Below, piece after piece: positions 25,461-34,145 of a DNA stretch of 64,000 nucleotides. Made by a program: the position numbers and the translations under genes. The notes below the pieces were generated by a model. It saw only the letters and a program-made list of their open reading frames with translations. It made no database searches and was not told the DNA's origin. This stretch comes from a virus (lineage: Duplodnaviria; Caudoviricetes), in IMG/VR virus record IMGVR_UViG_3300005611_000002, positions 1 to 64,000 of that record, one strand, 5' to 3'. The stretch's first letter is position 1, and the number at the start of each line of letters is the position of its first letter.

Positions 25461-26336
25461 GTGTATTACATTTATTGGATAAAGACTAAAGACCAAACTA
25501 ACATATTGAGTGAAGGATACGTTGGTTTTTCTAGTAATCCTGAAAGAAGATTATTAGAACATAAAGTTTCAAATACCGTTGTCGGAAATGCAATAAGAAA
25601 ATATGAAAATGATATAGAACTTGTTGTCCTTTATGAATTTAATAACGAAATAGAAGCACTCAAAAAGGAAAAAGAACTTAGACCTAAAAAAAGAATTGGT
25701 TGGAATATTGCGATTGGTGGACAAGTGCCGCCTCCAATCAAAGATAATACTTCAGCAAAAGAAAAAATATCAAAAACTATAAAAGAGATGGGTGTTATTC
25801 CATACTGTGAAAAAACTCATTCAAAAGAAACTATCGAAAAATCCACAAAAACTAGACTAGATAAAAAATATAGGTGGTATTATAACGTAATTACACTAGA
25901 AACAAAAATTTATGCAACGGCAGAAGAAATAATACCAAATGGTTGGGAACCCGGCAAAAAACCAAAGATAAAAAACACAAAGAAAATAAGAAATGTAGAC
26001 TATACGTGCAATGCAAAATCTTGGATCGTGTACAAAAATGGAAATTATTTTGCAAAAGTAAATAATTTAAAAGAATGGTGTGAATCTAATGAAATAGACT
26101 ATATAGCACAATCAAGAACAAAGGCAGTAAGAAAAGTAAACCGTGTAGAAAAATATAAAATTGAAATTTCAAATAAAAATACCATTATCGAAAATGATAT
26201 CGATACCAAATTGACTAAGTCTGAATATGCTTTAAAAATAAATAGATCTAGATCTTTTATTTCAGTAGTTGTTAAACGCGGCTTCTATGAAAATAAAATA
26301 TACGATATTTACTCGTGTAAAGAGGATAAGCGATGA
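25461..26336 (+). CDS. GIY-YIG homing endonuclease
   Basis: IYWI...GYVG.S.NP.RR..EH, GWN..GG; late promoter. Confidence 0.8.
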   Translation: MYYIYWIKTKDQTNILSEGYVGFSSNPERRLLEHKVSNTVVGNAIRKYENDIELVVLYEFNNEIEALKKEKELRPKKRIGWNIAIGGQVPPPIKDNTSAKEKISKTIKEMGVIPYCEKTHSKETIEKSTKTRLDKKYRWYYNVITLETKIYATAEEIIPNGWEPGKKPKIKNTKKIRNVDYTCNAKSWIVYKNGNYFAKVNNLKEWCESNEIDYIAQSRTKAVRKVNRVEKYKIEISNKNTIIENDIDTKLTKSEYALKINRSRSFISVVVKRGFYENKIYDIYSCKEDKR

Positions 26337-27718
26337 GCGCGATAAATGAATTCAAAAAGTTATTAGCAGAAGCCGCTAAGGAACAAAAGCAGAAAACAAT
26401 TGAAATTGCTGAAGAAGAGTCTATCGTCAACAAGACTGCTCGGTATCTACAGACCAAAAACGATGATATTCCTGCAAAGCCCTCAGATATAGAAGCTCAG
26501 AGATGGAATGACCCACTTCGCCCGTTAGATCAGAAGTTTGTGACATTCAAAGATATGAATGATCACTACGGATTGTTCTTGCAGCGTATTCAACAACAGA
26601 TGTCAACATTAAGTGGTGGCGGCGAAGTCAAGTTTCGTTATCTAGATGATGTCAATCGAGCTACTATGACAGACTCGAATGATAACCACCTCTTAGAATA
26701 CGATGTAAGCTCAGGTAAAGTTCAATTCACAGATATTATAGGCCCTATTGAGCAGATTAGTTTCAATACTAGTCATACGCATCAAGAAGAGCGAGTACCT
26801 GGTACTCTCTGCTGGGATACGGATGACCAAACTCTGAATTTGACCCATCCGGGTGATGTAACTCAACAAATCGGTCAAGAACAATACGCTAAAGTTCGTA
26901 ATGGTACTGCTAACACTATCGTAAATGGAACTGCGGTTCAATTCATTGGCGCTGAACAAAATGGAACTGCAAGACTTTTAGCTGGACCGATGCTAGCCGA
27001 TGGCACATATCCAAGTCTTTACGTTTTAGGTGTTGCAACGCAAGACATCGAGCCCGGCGAAGACGGAAAAATTACTGTTTGGGGTAAAGTTCGTGACCTC
27101 GACATGTCAGCTTTTAGCGTCGGTGATCTTCTTTATGTAAGTGCAAATACCGCAGGCGGTCTTACAAATGTAAAACCAACTGCGCCGAACAACGTAATAC
27201 CGATAGCGGCTGTACTTAATAATGACTCAGAAGTTGGTGAAATTTTCGTTCGTCCTACAATTGAACAACAACAATACTACGGAAGATTTACAAGACTTAC
27301 TGATCAAACCGCTGTAAATCCCAATGAAGCAACTGCAGTACAATTTGACACCGTCGATATTTCGAATGGAGTTATTTTTAATGGCGGATCAAATACACAG
27401 ATACAAGTTACAGATTCTGGTTTTTATCAATTTGATATTTCTGCACAGGTGACGGCAAGTTCAAATAAGGGTATTGCATATTTTTGGTTCAGAAAGAATG
27501 GTACTGACGTGGAACATTCTACAAGATCGACCACTGTTACAAATGGAGATACCTTCAACGTTTCTACTACAATAGCGCTATCACTCGACGCTGATGATTA
27601 TGTAGAAGTAATGTGGGCAAGATCTGCGTCTGGTATCTTTTTGGACGCAAGAGCAGCAACGGCTTTTGCTCCTTCTGCTGCTGCGTTCATGCTGAATGTG
27701 GTACAGGTTCAGCTATAA
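26333..27718 (+). CDS. Putative virion structural/fiber-like protein with C1q-like C-terminal domain
   Basis: GGGGEVKFRYLDDV motif, beta-rich C-terminus (SGFYQF, DYVEVMW). Confidence 0.6.
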   Translation: MSAINEFKKLLAEAAKEQKQKTIEIAEEESIVNKTARYLQTKNDDIPAKPSDIEAQRWNDPLRPLDQKFVTFKDMNDHYGLFLQRIQQQMSTLSGGGEVKFRYLDDVNRATMTDSNDNHLLEYDVSSGKVQFTDIIGPIEQISFNTSHTHQEERVPGTLCWDTDDQTLNLTHPGDVTQQIGQEQYAKVRNGTANTIVNGTAVQFIGAEQNGTARLLAGPMLADGTYPSLYVLGVATQDIEPGEDGKITVWGKVRDLDMSAFSVGDLLYVSANTAGGLTNVKPTAPNNVIPIAAVLNNDSEVGEIFVRPTIEQQQYYGRFTRLTDQTAVNPNEATAVQFDTVDISNGVIFNGGSNTQIQVTDSGFYQFDISAQVTASSNKGIAYFWFRKNGTDVEHSTRSTTVTNGDTFNVSTTIALSLDADDYVEVMWARSASGIFLDARAATAFAPSAAAFMLNVVQVQL

Positions 27719-27848
27719 CAAAGCCGAATGGCGGCTATACCAAAATAGTAACCTATTTTTACCAATTTGCTACATTGCCTCCTATAAATAGTTTCATAAA
27801 TGGATCAACAGACCCATTAAGAACCCGTTTATGGAACAGGAGACACGC

Positions 27849-28067
27849 ATGACACAACTAACGCAATATTTATCTTTTTTATCAGAAATCATATATAGCA
27901 TTATTTCTTGGTTTGATGATCTTGCCAGCAAGTACAGAAAATCGCGCGATAAAGCTCATACTATAGCTACACTCAGTGCGCTTTCAGATAGTGAGCTGCG
28001 AGATATTGGAATTTCCAGAGGTGAAATTTATGACGTAGCGCATAGGACATATTATAATGATAAGTAA
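27849..28067 (+). CDS. DUF1127 protein
   Basis: LSALSDSELRDIGISRGEI. Confidence 0.88.
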   Translation: MTQLTQYLSFLSEIIYSIISWFDDLASKYRKSRDKAHTIATLSALSDSELRDIGISRGEIYDVAHRTYYNDK

Positions 28068-28188
28068 AATTATTGAGCTTTTTGAAAAAATCGGAACGCA
28101 TCGTGCAAAAAAAGAACTCCAAAGAATGGGTTATTCCGAAAAACGACTCCAAGAAATAGTCAACGAAAATCTAAAAGACTGGGTTTAG
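28057..28188 (+). CDS. Small protein MISKIIELF...NENLKDWV (43 aa)
   Basis: Overlaps the DUF1127 stop; terminator follows. Confidence 0.55.
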   Translation: MISKIIELFEKIGTHRAKKELQRMGYSEKRLQEIVNENLKDWV

Positions 28189-28216
28189 TATAAATAAACT
28201 CAGAAGTTCAAACATC

Positions 28217-28240
28217 AAGCGGGGCTTCGGCTCCGCTTTT
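28217..28240 (+). terminator. Rho-independent terminator
   Basis: AAGCGGGGC-TTCG-GCTCCGCTTTT. Confidence 0.75.
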
Positions 28241-28257
28241 CTTATAATGGGTACAAT

Positions 28258-28959
28258 ATGAAACCAACAAAAGCTTATATACTGATGATTGATACCGACA
28301 CATCTCGTGAATATGCAAAAACTGCAGCAGAGTCTTGTGATCGCGTAGGTCTTCCGTGGGAATATTTTCGAGGTTATACCGAGAAGGACGATCCTTGGAG
28401 AAAGCTTCCAATACAATCTAGAGGTAAATTGAAAGTATCCGGTAAAGGCGGTGCTGCCACAGCTGGACACGTGCACATTTGGCATAAGATCGCGTCTGAA
28501 AATGAATGCGCTGTCGTGCTAGAACACGATGCTATATTGCTTCATAAGCCCAATATAGATATACCAGATAATATGATGGTGGTACTCGGCTATAAAGTAC
28601 GCGACCCTCAGAATTACCATCATGCTCAAGCAGGACCTCCGCAAAGAATTGAACCAAGACAGCGTCACGGTGGAGCTCATGCTTATGCTCTCACACCTCA
28701 AGGTGCGCAGACTCTCATTCGTGATATTGAACAAAGTGGTCTCAGCACTATGATTGATAATCACTATTTTCTCCGTCAAGGTAACAAGTCAAAAAATCAT
28801 AAACTGAAACTCGGTATTACAGATCCAATCTGTGCTCTCGGTTGGTTGCGTAAATCAACTATTTGGAACAAGTCAGCAGTGGATAACTACAAGCCTCTAC
28901 TACAGTCATTCCAACAAAATTACAAATCAAAAGAAGATCTAGGACTAAAGGGACCATGA
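28258..28959 (+). CDS. Glycosyltransferase family 25-like
   Basis: H..IW......VVLEHDA, GAHAYAL.P.GA..L. Confidence 0.75.
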   Translation: MKPTKAYILMIDTDTSREYAKTAAESCDRVGLPWEYFRGYTEKDDPWRKLPIQSRGKLKVSGKGGAATAGHVHIWHKIASENECAVVLEHDAILLHKPNIDIPDNMMVVLGYKVRDPQNYHHAQAGPPQRIEPRQRHGGAHAYALTPQGAQTLIRDIEQSGLSTMIDNHYFLRQGNKSKNHKLKLGITDPICALGWLRKSTIWNKSAVDNYKPLLQSFQQNYKSKEDLGLKGP

Positions 28960-29750
28960 AGAAGCGATTGATATATCAGGTTTATCTTGGAAAGAAAAGT
29001 AACCTCTATGATTTTTGCACAGAAAGTGTTCGCGCGTACTGTAAAAAATACAACATAGATTATAAGATTCAGAAAGAACCGATTCTGAAGATACTTCCGA
29101 ACATGAAAAGAACCAACCGAAACAAGAACGGTTTGATCAAGCAGATGGGATATCTTCCAATCTTCGAGAAAGAGAATGCCTTTGCGTATCTGGGAGAATA
29201 TGATCAAGTTGCGATTATAGACTCTGACATTTACATCCGAAAAGAAGCACCAAACATTTTTGATAATCTACCAGAAGAGTTTGACTTCGGTGGAGTTCTC
29301 GAAAGATCTGGTCCTATCTGCGCCAGTCATAAAACTAAGATCAAAGGCTATAGTCGTGACATGTTTCAAAATATGAAAGACGTGACTTTTGATTGGAATG
29401 GCTGTGGCGCCGACTTCATGAACATGGGTATGATGGTAATGAATCAGTCTATGAATAAATACTTACAAGGGCAAACGCCAGAACAGTTTATTCGAAGACC
29501 TGAGTTTGTAGATTTTGTGGATGGCATAGGTTTATATAAGTATTCAACAGATCAAGTCTTGCTGAATTACTGGTTGAAAAAATGCGGAGCAAAAGTCAAA
29601 CATATGGATTGGAAATGGAACGCGCTCTATCGAGCAATCAAGGATAACGAAATCAAAAACGCTCACTTTATTCACTTTTTCCTCAAGCAGCAGATTCGTC
29701 CAGGAAACGGTGAAGATTTGAGTGTAGTAAAAAAAGCGCTGGGAATATGA
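28956..29750 (+). CDS. Glycosyltransferase (GT8-like)
   Basis: IDSDI, NMGMM, DQVLLN, WNAL, HFIHF. Confidence 0.75.
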   Translation: MKKRLIYQVYLGKKSNLYDFCTESVRAYCKKYNIDYKIQKEPILKILPNMKRTNRNKNGLIKQMGYLPIFEKENAFAYLGEYDQVAIIDSDIYIRKEAPNIFDNLPEEFDFGGVLERSGPICASHKTKIKGYSRDMFQNMKDVTFDWNGCGADFMNMGMMVMNQSMNKYLQGQTPEQFIRRPEFVDFVDGIGLYKYSTDQVLLNYWLKKCGAKVKHMDWKWNALYRAIKDNEIKNAHFIHFFLKQQIRPGNGEDLSVVKKALGI

Positions 29751-30304
29751 AAATAGTAGTCATCAGTTTGCCGAAGTCTGGAACTTATTTAATGGGTAAC
29801 ATACTTCAAAATATGGGTTTTGAAAATACTTATAAGCATCTTTCAAAAAAAGGCGGCCAAGAATATGATCCGAATAATATTCAAGACGGAATTAAAAATC
29901 CAAGAAAATATGATAGCAACAAATCCCTTGAGCAAAATTTAAATGAGATTAAAAATGGACAATATGCTCTTAGTCATCTTGGCTATGATGATCAAACTGC
30001 AGTATTACTGAAAGATTTTGTTATAATATATCTTGAAAGAGATCAGAAAGAAATTGAAGAATCATTCAAACGTTGGTGTGAAAAATCTGGTAGACCATAT
30101 AAGCCGTGGAGAAAAGAAAAACTTGAAGCAATAAAGAAATGGAAAGATCAAAGTGACTTTCAGTTGACGTTTGATGATATGATTAATAAGAACACAAAAA
30201 AGTTAGATCAATTGCAACTGCAGCTCTTCGGTAAAGTAAAATACGATAGTGCTGAAGTGTTGACTAAATCGCTTAAAATGGATTCAATGACAAAAGTAAG
30301 ATAA
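29747..30304 (+). CDS. Sulfotransferase-like protein
   Basis: LPKSGT 5'-PSB-like motif. Confidence 0.55.
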   Translation: MKIVVISLPKSGTYLMGNILQNMGFENTYKHLSKKGGQEYDPNNIQDGIKNPRKYDSNKSLEQNLNEIKNGQYALSHLGYDDQTAVLLKDFVIIYLERDQKEIEESFKRWCEKSGRPYKPWRKEKLEAIKKWKDQSDFQLTFDDMINKNTKKLDQLQLQLFGKVKYDSAEVLTKSLKMDSMTKVR

Positions 30305-30852
30305 TGGTTGAATTCGTCAACGAAGATTTTTTGCTAGAATTCTTTTCGGAAGGCGTGTCCGTAATTGGAAACGCTCAATCTTTACAAGAAAGAAACTATG
30401 GTAAGTTGATAGATTCACGAAAAACTCTTCGATTCAACTGGCCAAATCTGAATAGTAAAACTGGAACTAGATTGAATTGCTTATTTTGCTCTCTTCCGAA
30501 AAACATTCCAAATGATTATAAGTTTGATTTACTTATATCAAGAACAGAAAAGTTTCACAACAACAAATATCAGTATCAAATAGAAACACAAGATGTCGAA
30601 GCAATCAATAAAATAGTAGATCCACAAACTGATTATAAGCGCCCATCAAATGGAATTCTTTGTTTATATCTTTTAGATAAACTGCACCTCAAAAACGTTC
30701 ATATATTCGGATTTGATTGGAAAGAAACTCCAAGTACAACCACAAAATTAAATAAAAAGAAAATGACTAAACAAAATGATCACGATTATGAATCCGAAAT
30801 GAAAGTAGCTTTGTGTCTTATAGAAAAAAATCAATGGAGACTATATAAATGA
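30304..30852 (+). CDS. GT29 (sialyltransferase-like) protein
   Basis: VIGNA..IDS..RFN, PSNG, IFGFD, HDY..E. Confidence 0.65.
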   Translation: MVEFVNEDFLLEFFSEGVSVIGNAQSLQERNYGKLIDSRKTLRFNWPNLNSKTGTRLNCLFCSLPKNIPNDYKFDLLISRTEKFHNNKYQYQIETQDVEAINKIVDPQTDYKRPSNGILCLYLLDKLHLKNVHIFGFDWKETPSTTTKLNKKKMTKQNDHDYESEMKVALCLIEKNQWRLYK

Positions 30853-31523
30853 AATGCTTTTGCGTATATACTCCATCTATTGCAAAATCTAGTAATGGCG
30901 CTGATAGAGCCGTTGAAACGGGTAAAAAGTTTGGGATAGATGTACAAAAATACGAATCAGTAAATCCTTCAAATTTACATTCAATCATAAAGAAACACGG
31001 CTTAAAACTCAAATATACGCCAGCAAGATCTTCGGTGACTGATTTCAAAGCAATGAAAGCGCCAGAAGGTCGTGTTTGCAATGGAATGACTCATTATTTA
31101 CTATATCAAAAATGTATAGAATATAATGAGCCAACTATGATTTTGGAACATGATGCGTATTTTGTTGGAAAACCTCCTAAAGGTATTTACGATGGAGTGA
31201 TACAAATATCATCTCATAACGCGTATCAAGTAGATGCAAAAAGAATGAAAACATGTGTTCGCGCAAATAAAATGTTTAAACACCAACCAGACTATAAGTA
31301 TGATGATAAATGGGATCAAAAAACTGGCGTATTCGAGCATCCATTGTCAGGAACTAACGGTACATCCGGTTATATAATAGGACCGGGAGCTGCAAAAAGG
31401 ATGATAAGTTATTTGCAAAAAGACGGTATTGGTTTTGCAGATAGAGTTAGATCAGAACATATCGGAGAAGGGAATCTATACATTCAATATCCCTTCTCCG
31501 TTTTTTGTTCGCAAAAATTATAG
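30849..31523 (+). CDS. Glycosyltransferase family 25-like
   Basis: HYLLY..C....MILEHDA, GYII.P.AA. Confidence 0.7.
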   Translation: MKCFCVYTPSIAKSSNGADRAVETGKKFGIDVQKYESVNPSNLHSIIKKHGLKLKYTPARSSVTDFKAMKAPEGRVCNGMTHYLLYQKCIEYNEPTMILEHDAYFVGKPPKGIYDGVIQISSHNAYQVDAKRMKTCVRANKMFKHQPDYKYDDKWDQKTGVFEHPLSGTNGTSGYIIGPGAAKRMISYLQKDGIGFADRVRSEHIGEGNLYIQYPFSVFCSQKL

Positions 31524-31531
31524 GAGTTGAA

Positions 31532-32158
31532 ATGCTGAAGAAAATTTTTGAAAAAAACAATTGTGATAAAAATGAGCATATGTATTACGAAGTGTACGAA
31601 CCGCATTTAGAACCTTTGAAGGAGGAGCCAATTTGTATACTTGAAGTCGGTATTTTCAAAGGTACGAGTATGAATTCTTGGCACGAATATCTACCGAATG
31701 CTGATCTTTATGGCATTGATATTTTTACTCGATTAAAGCCTGAAAACGTGCCTGCACTGAAAAAAGATCGAGTGCATTGGATACAAGCAGATTCTACAAA
31801 TAAAACTGTTCAAGATAAAATTAGTGATCAATGGGGAAATATTAAGTTTGATGTGATTATTGATGACGGCCTTCATACACCAGAAGCTAACGCAAAAACA
31901 TTTGAGAATTTAATGCCGTTTCTCAAAGATGACGGTGTGTTTTATATTGAAGACGTTTGGCCACTAGATATTATGACAAAGGAAGAATGGAAGCACTCAT
32001 GGATGAAGAAAAATCCAGGCAAGTATAACATGAACAAGTGGAAGACTTTTGAAAATGCGCTTGAAAAATACCGCGTAATAAAACACGATCTTCGAAAAGT
32101 TTCAGGAATTCCCGATAGTTACGTTTACGAGATAAGAAATGACCGTAGTAACCGATAA
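31532..32158 (+). CDS. Class I SAM-dependent (sugar O-)methyltransferase
   Basis: ILEVGI, GIDI, DVIIDDGLH, YIED. Confidence 0.85.
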   Translation: MLKKIFEKNNCDKNEHMYYEVYEPHLEPLKEEPICILEVGIFKGTSMNSWHEYLPNADLYGIDIFTRLKPENVPALKKDRVHWIQADSTNKTVQDKISDQWGNIKFDVIIDDGLHTPEANAKTFENLMPFLKDDGVFYIEDVWPLDIMTKEEWKHSWMKKNPGKYNMNKWKTFENALEKYRVIKHDLRKVSGIPDSYVYEIRNDRSNR

Positions 32159-32744
32159 CACTTGTTTCATTCATATTCCGAAAAATGCTGGTACCAGCAT
32201 AACAAACTGGATGAAAGAAAATACTCAGTCCTATAATCTCGTGAAGCCTGGAACAAATGGAAAATATGAATTAGGAAAACACGCGAAGCAACCTGTTATA
32301 GAAAGCTTTTTGAAACAGCACTCCATTGAAGTCAAAATGTTTTTCTGCGTAATTAGAAATCCTTGGGATCGCGTTTACAGTGGATACAAATACTACAATC
32401 AAAAAAGAAAAATGGTTAAAGTATCATTTGAGCAATGGATAAAAGAAGGTTTTGTAGACAGAAAACAGAGGCATAGATATAAAAGAGAATGGGGCTGTGT
32501 TACGTATCCAGCAACCGATTATTGGATTGTTGATGATAGCAAAATAGATTATATTCTTCGTTACGAAAACTTAAATAAAGACTTTGAGCTCATACAAGAT
32601 TACTTAGGAATTCATAAAAAGTTGCCAAATCTCAATGCTACTAAAAGTAAGTCAAATTACCAAGAGTTTTACACAAAAGAAATGATAGATATAGTATATA
32701 AACAGCACATAGAAGACATCAGAAAATATGGATACGAATTTTGA
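32139..32744 (+). CDS. Sulfotransferase family 2 protein
   Basis: FIHIPKNAGTS, RNPWDR.YS. Confidence 0.85.
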   Translation: MTVVTDNTCFIHIPKNAGTSITNWMKENTQSYNLVKPGTNGKYELGKHAKQPVIESFLKQHSIEVKMFFCVIRNPWDRVYSGYKYYNQKRKMVKVSFEQWIKEGFVDRKQRHRYKREWGCVTYPATDYWIVDDSKIDYILRYENLNKDFELIQDYLGIHKKLPNLNATKSKSNYQEFYTKEMIDIVYKQHIEDIRKYGYEF

Positions 32745-32745
32745 A

Positions 32746-33444
32746 ATGAAAGCTTACGCAATAGTTATTTCTGGTAACGAGACTTCAGAAAAAGGCTACA
32801 AGAACTTGATGAAGAGTTCTTCACGAGTCGATAACGAGTTCTTTATTGAAAAGTTTGATGCAGTAACTCCAGAAAGAGTAGATGATCTCATAAAAGAACT
32901 CGATATAGAATGGACTTGGCCTCATACAGGATCAGTATTCAGTAAAAAGACTGGAATTAAAAAAGTTGGTTACGGCGGCAAAGATCCTCGCCGAAGAAGA
33001 GCGTGCGGAATGAGTCACTATTTACTTTGGAAACAGTGTGCAGAGACTGAAGAACCGCTTCTTGTATTTGAACACGATGCCATCTTTACTGCTAAGCTTC
33101 CATTGGAACCTCTTCTGAATTGTGAATATTCGATCATAGGTTTGAACAACCCATATGGAGCTACTCGTCTTCCACACAAATATGATGCCATAGTACAAAA
33201 AAGTACTGAAGAGATACTTCCAGTTCCTGAGATTGATAAGGAATTTATTGCTCAAGGTATTGCAGGAAACTCTGCTTATATGATCAAACCTGCTGGAGCT
33301 CAGAAGTTACTTGAGCTTGTAAAGGAGCACGGCATGTGGAATAATGATGCAATTATGTGCAGACAATTGATGCCAGACATGATAGGTGTCACAAAAACAT
33401 ATTATACAACAGTGCAAAAACTACCAAGCACAACTATGGGTTAA
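32746..33444 (+). CDS. Glycosyltransferase family 25-like
   Basis: C.MSHYLLW, FEHDA, GNSAYMIKP.GA. Confidence 0.75.
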   Translation: MKAYAIVISGNETSEKGYKNLMKSSSRVDNEFFIEKFDAVTPERVDDLIKELDIEWTWPHTGSVFSKKTGIKKVGYGGKDPRRRRACGMSHYLLWKQCAETEEPLLVFEHDAIFTAKLPLEPLLNCEYSIIGLNNPYGATRLPHKYDAIVQKSTEEILPVPEIDKEFIAQGIAGNSAYMIKPAGAQKLLELVKEHGMWNNDAIMCRQLMPDMIGVTKTYYTTVQKLPSTTMG

Positions 33445-33448
33445 ATAC

Positions 33449-34111
33449 ATGTGGAAAAAGAGAGAAGACTGCCAAAAATTTAGACATTACGGCCTTCAAA
33501 GAAGTGGAACAAATTTTTTGGAAGGCTTGATGTACAGATACTTTGAAGTTTGGTGTCGTAATGGTGGATCTGGACCAAAGTGGAAACATTCTCTTGAGAT
33601 GGCTCCATTTGAAAGTGATATGTTTTATCTCGTCATAGCAAAAAATCCTTACTTATGGATAGAAAGTATTGCGTTTCGAAATCCAATGGATTATTTAGAA
33701 AGACAAAAACTTTATTCAGCAGGAGAACCAACTTCAGCAGATTTAATGGCGGGACCCAATAAGATCAATGTGATCAATACGGCAAAAACTTGGAATCATT
33801 TTTATAACAATTGGAAAGCCTTTGCCTCTTATGAAAAGGTATATTGCATGAAATATGAAGACTTACTAGTTGAAGAAAAAAGAAAATCAATACTCGAAGA
33901 TATTCACGTAAAATTTGGTTGTGAATGGAGGATTGACCCTTTGAAGTATAAGAAACCAGAAACTTCTATACTAGATCGAAAGCAAGATACGAATAAAACT
34001 AAGTACTATTTGTCGGAAAGGCCAAAGAATCTGACAGATATTCAGATACGAGCAATTAGTGAAAATATTGATCAAGATCTATTCGATTTTTTCAGTTATG
34101 CGCGTTTATAA
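33449..34111 (+). CDS. Sulfotransferase-like protein
   Basis: GLQRSGTNF, WKH, KNPY.W, YEDL. Confidence 0.65.
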   Translation: MWKKREDCQKFRHYGLQRSGTNFLEGLMYRYFEVWCRNGGSGPKWKHSLEMAPFESDMFYLVIAKNPYLWIESIAFRNPMDYLERQKLYSAGEPTSADLMAGPNKINVINTAKTWNHFYNNWKAFASYEKVYCMKYEDLLVEEKRKSILEDIHVKFGCEWRIDPLKYKKPETSILDRKQDTNKTKYYLSERPKNLTDIQIRAISENIDQDLFDFFSYARL

Positions 34112-34145
34112 ATAACATAGAAACTTTATGTAAAAAGAGGCATTC

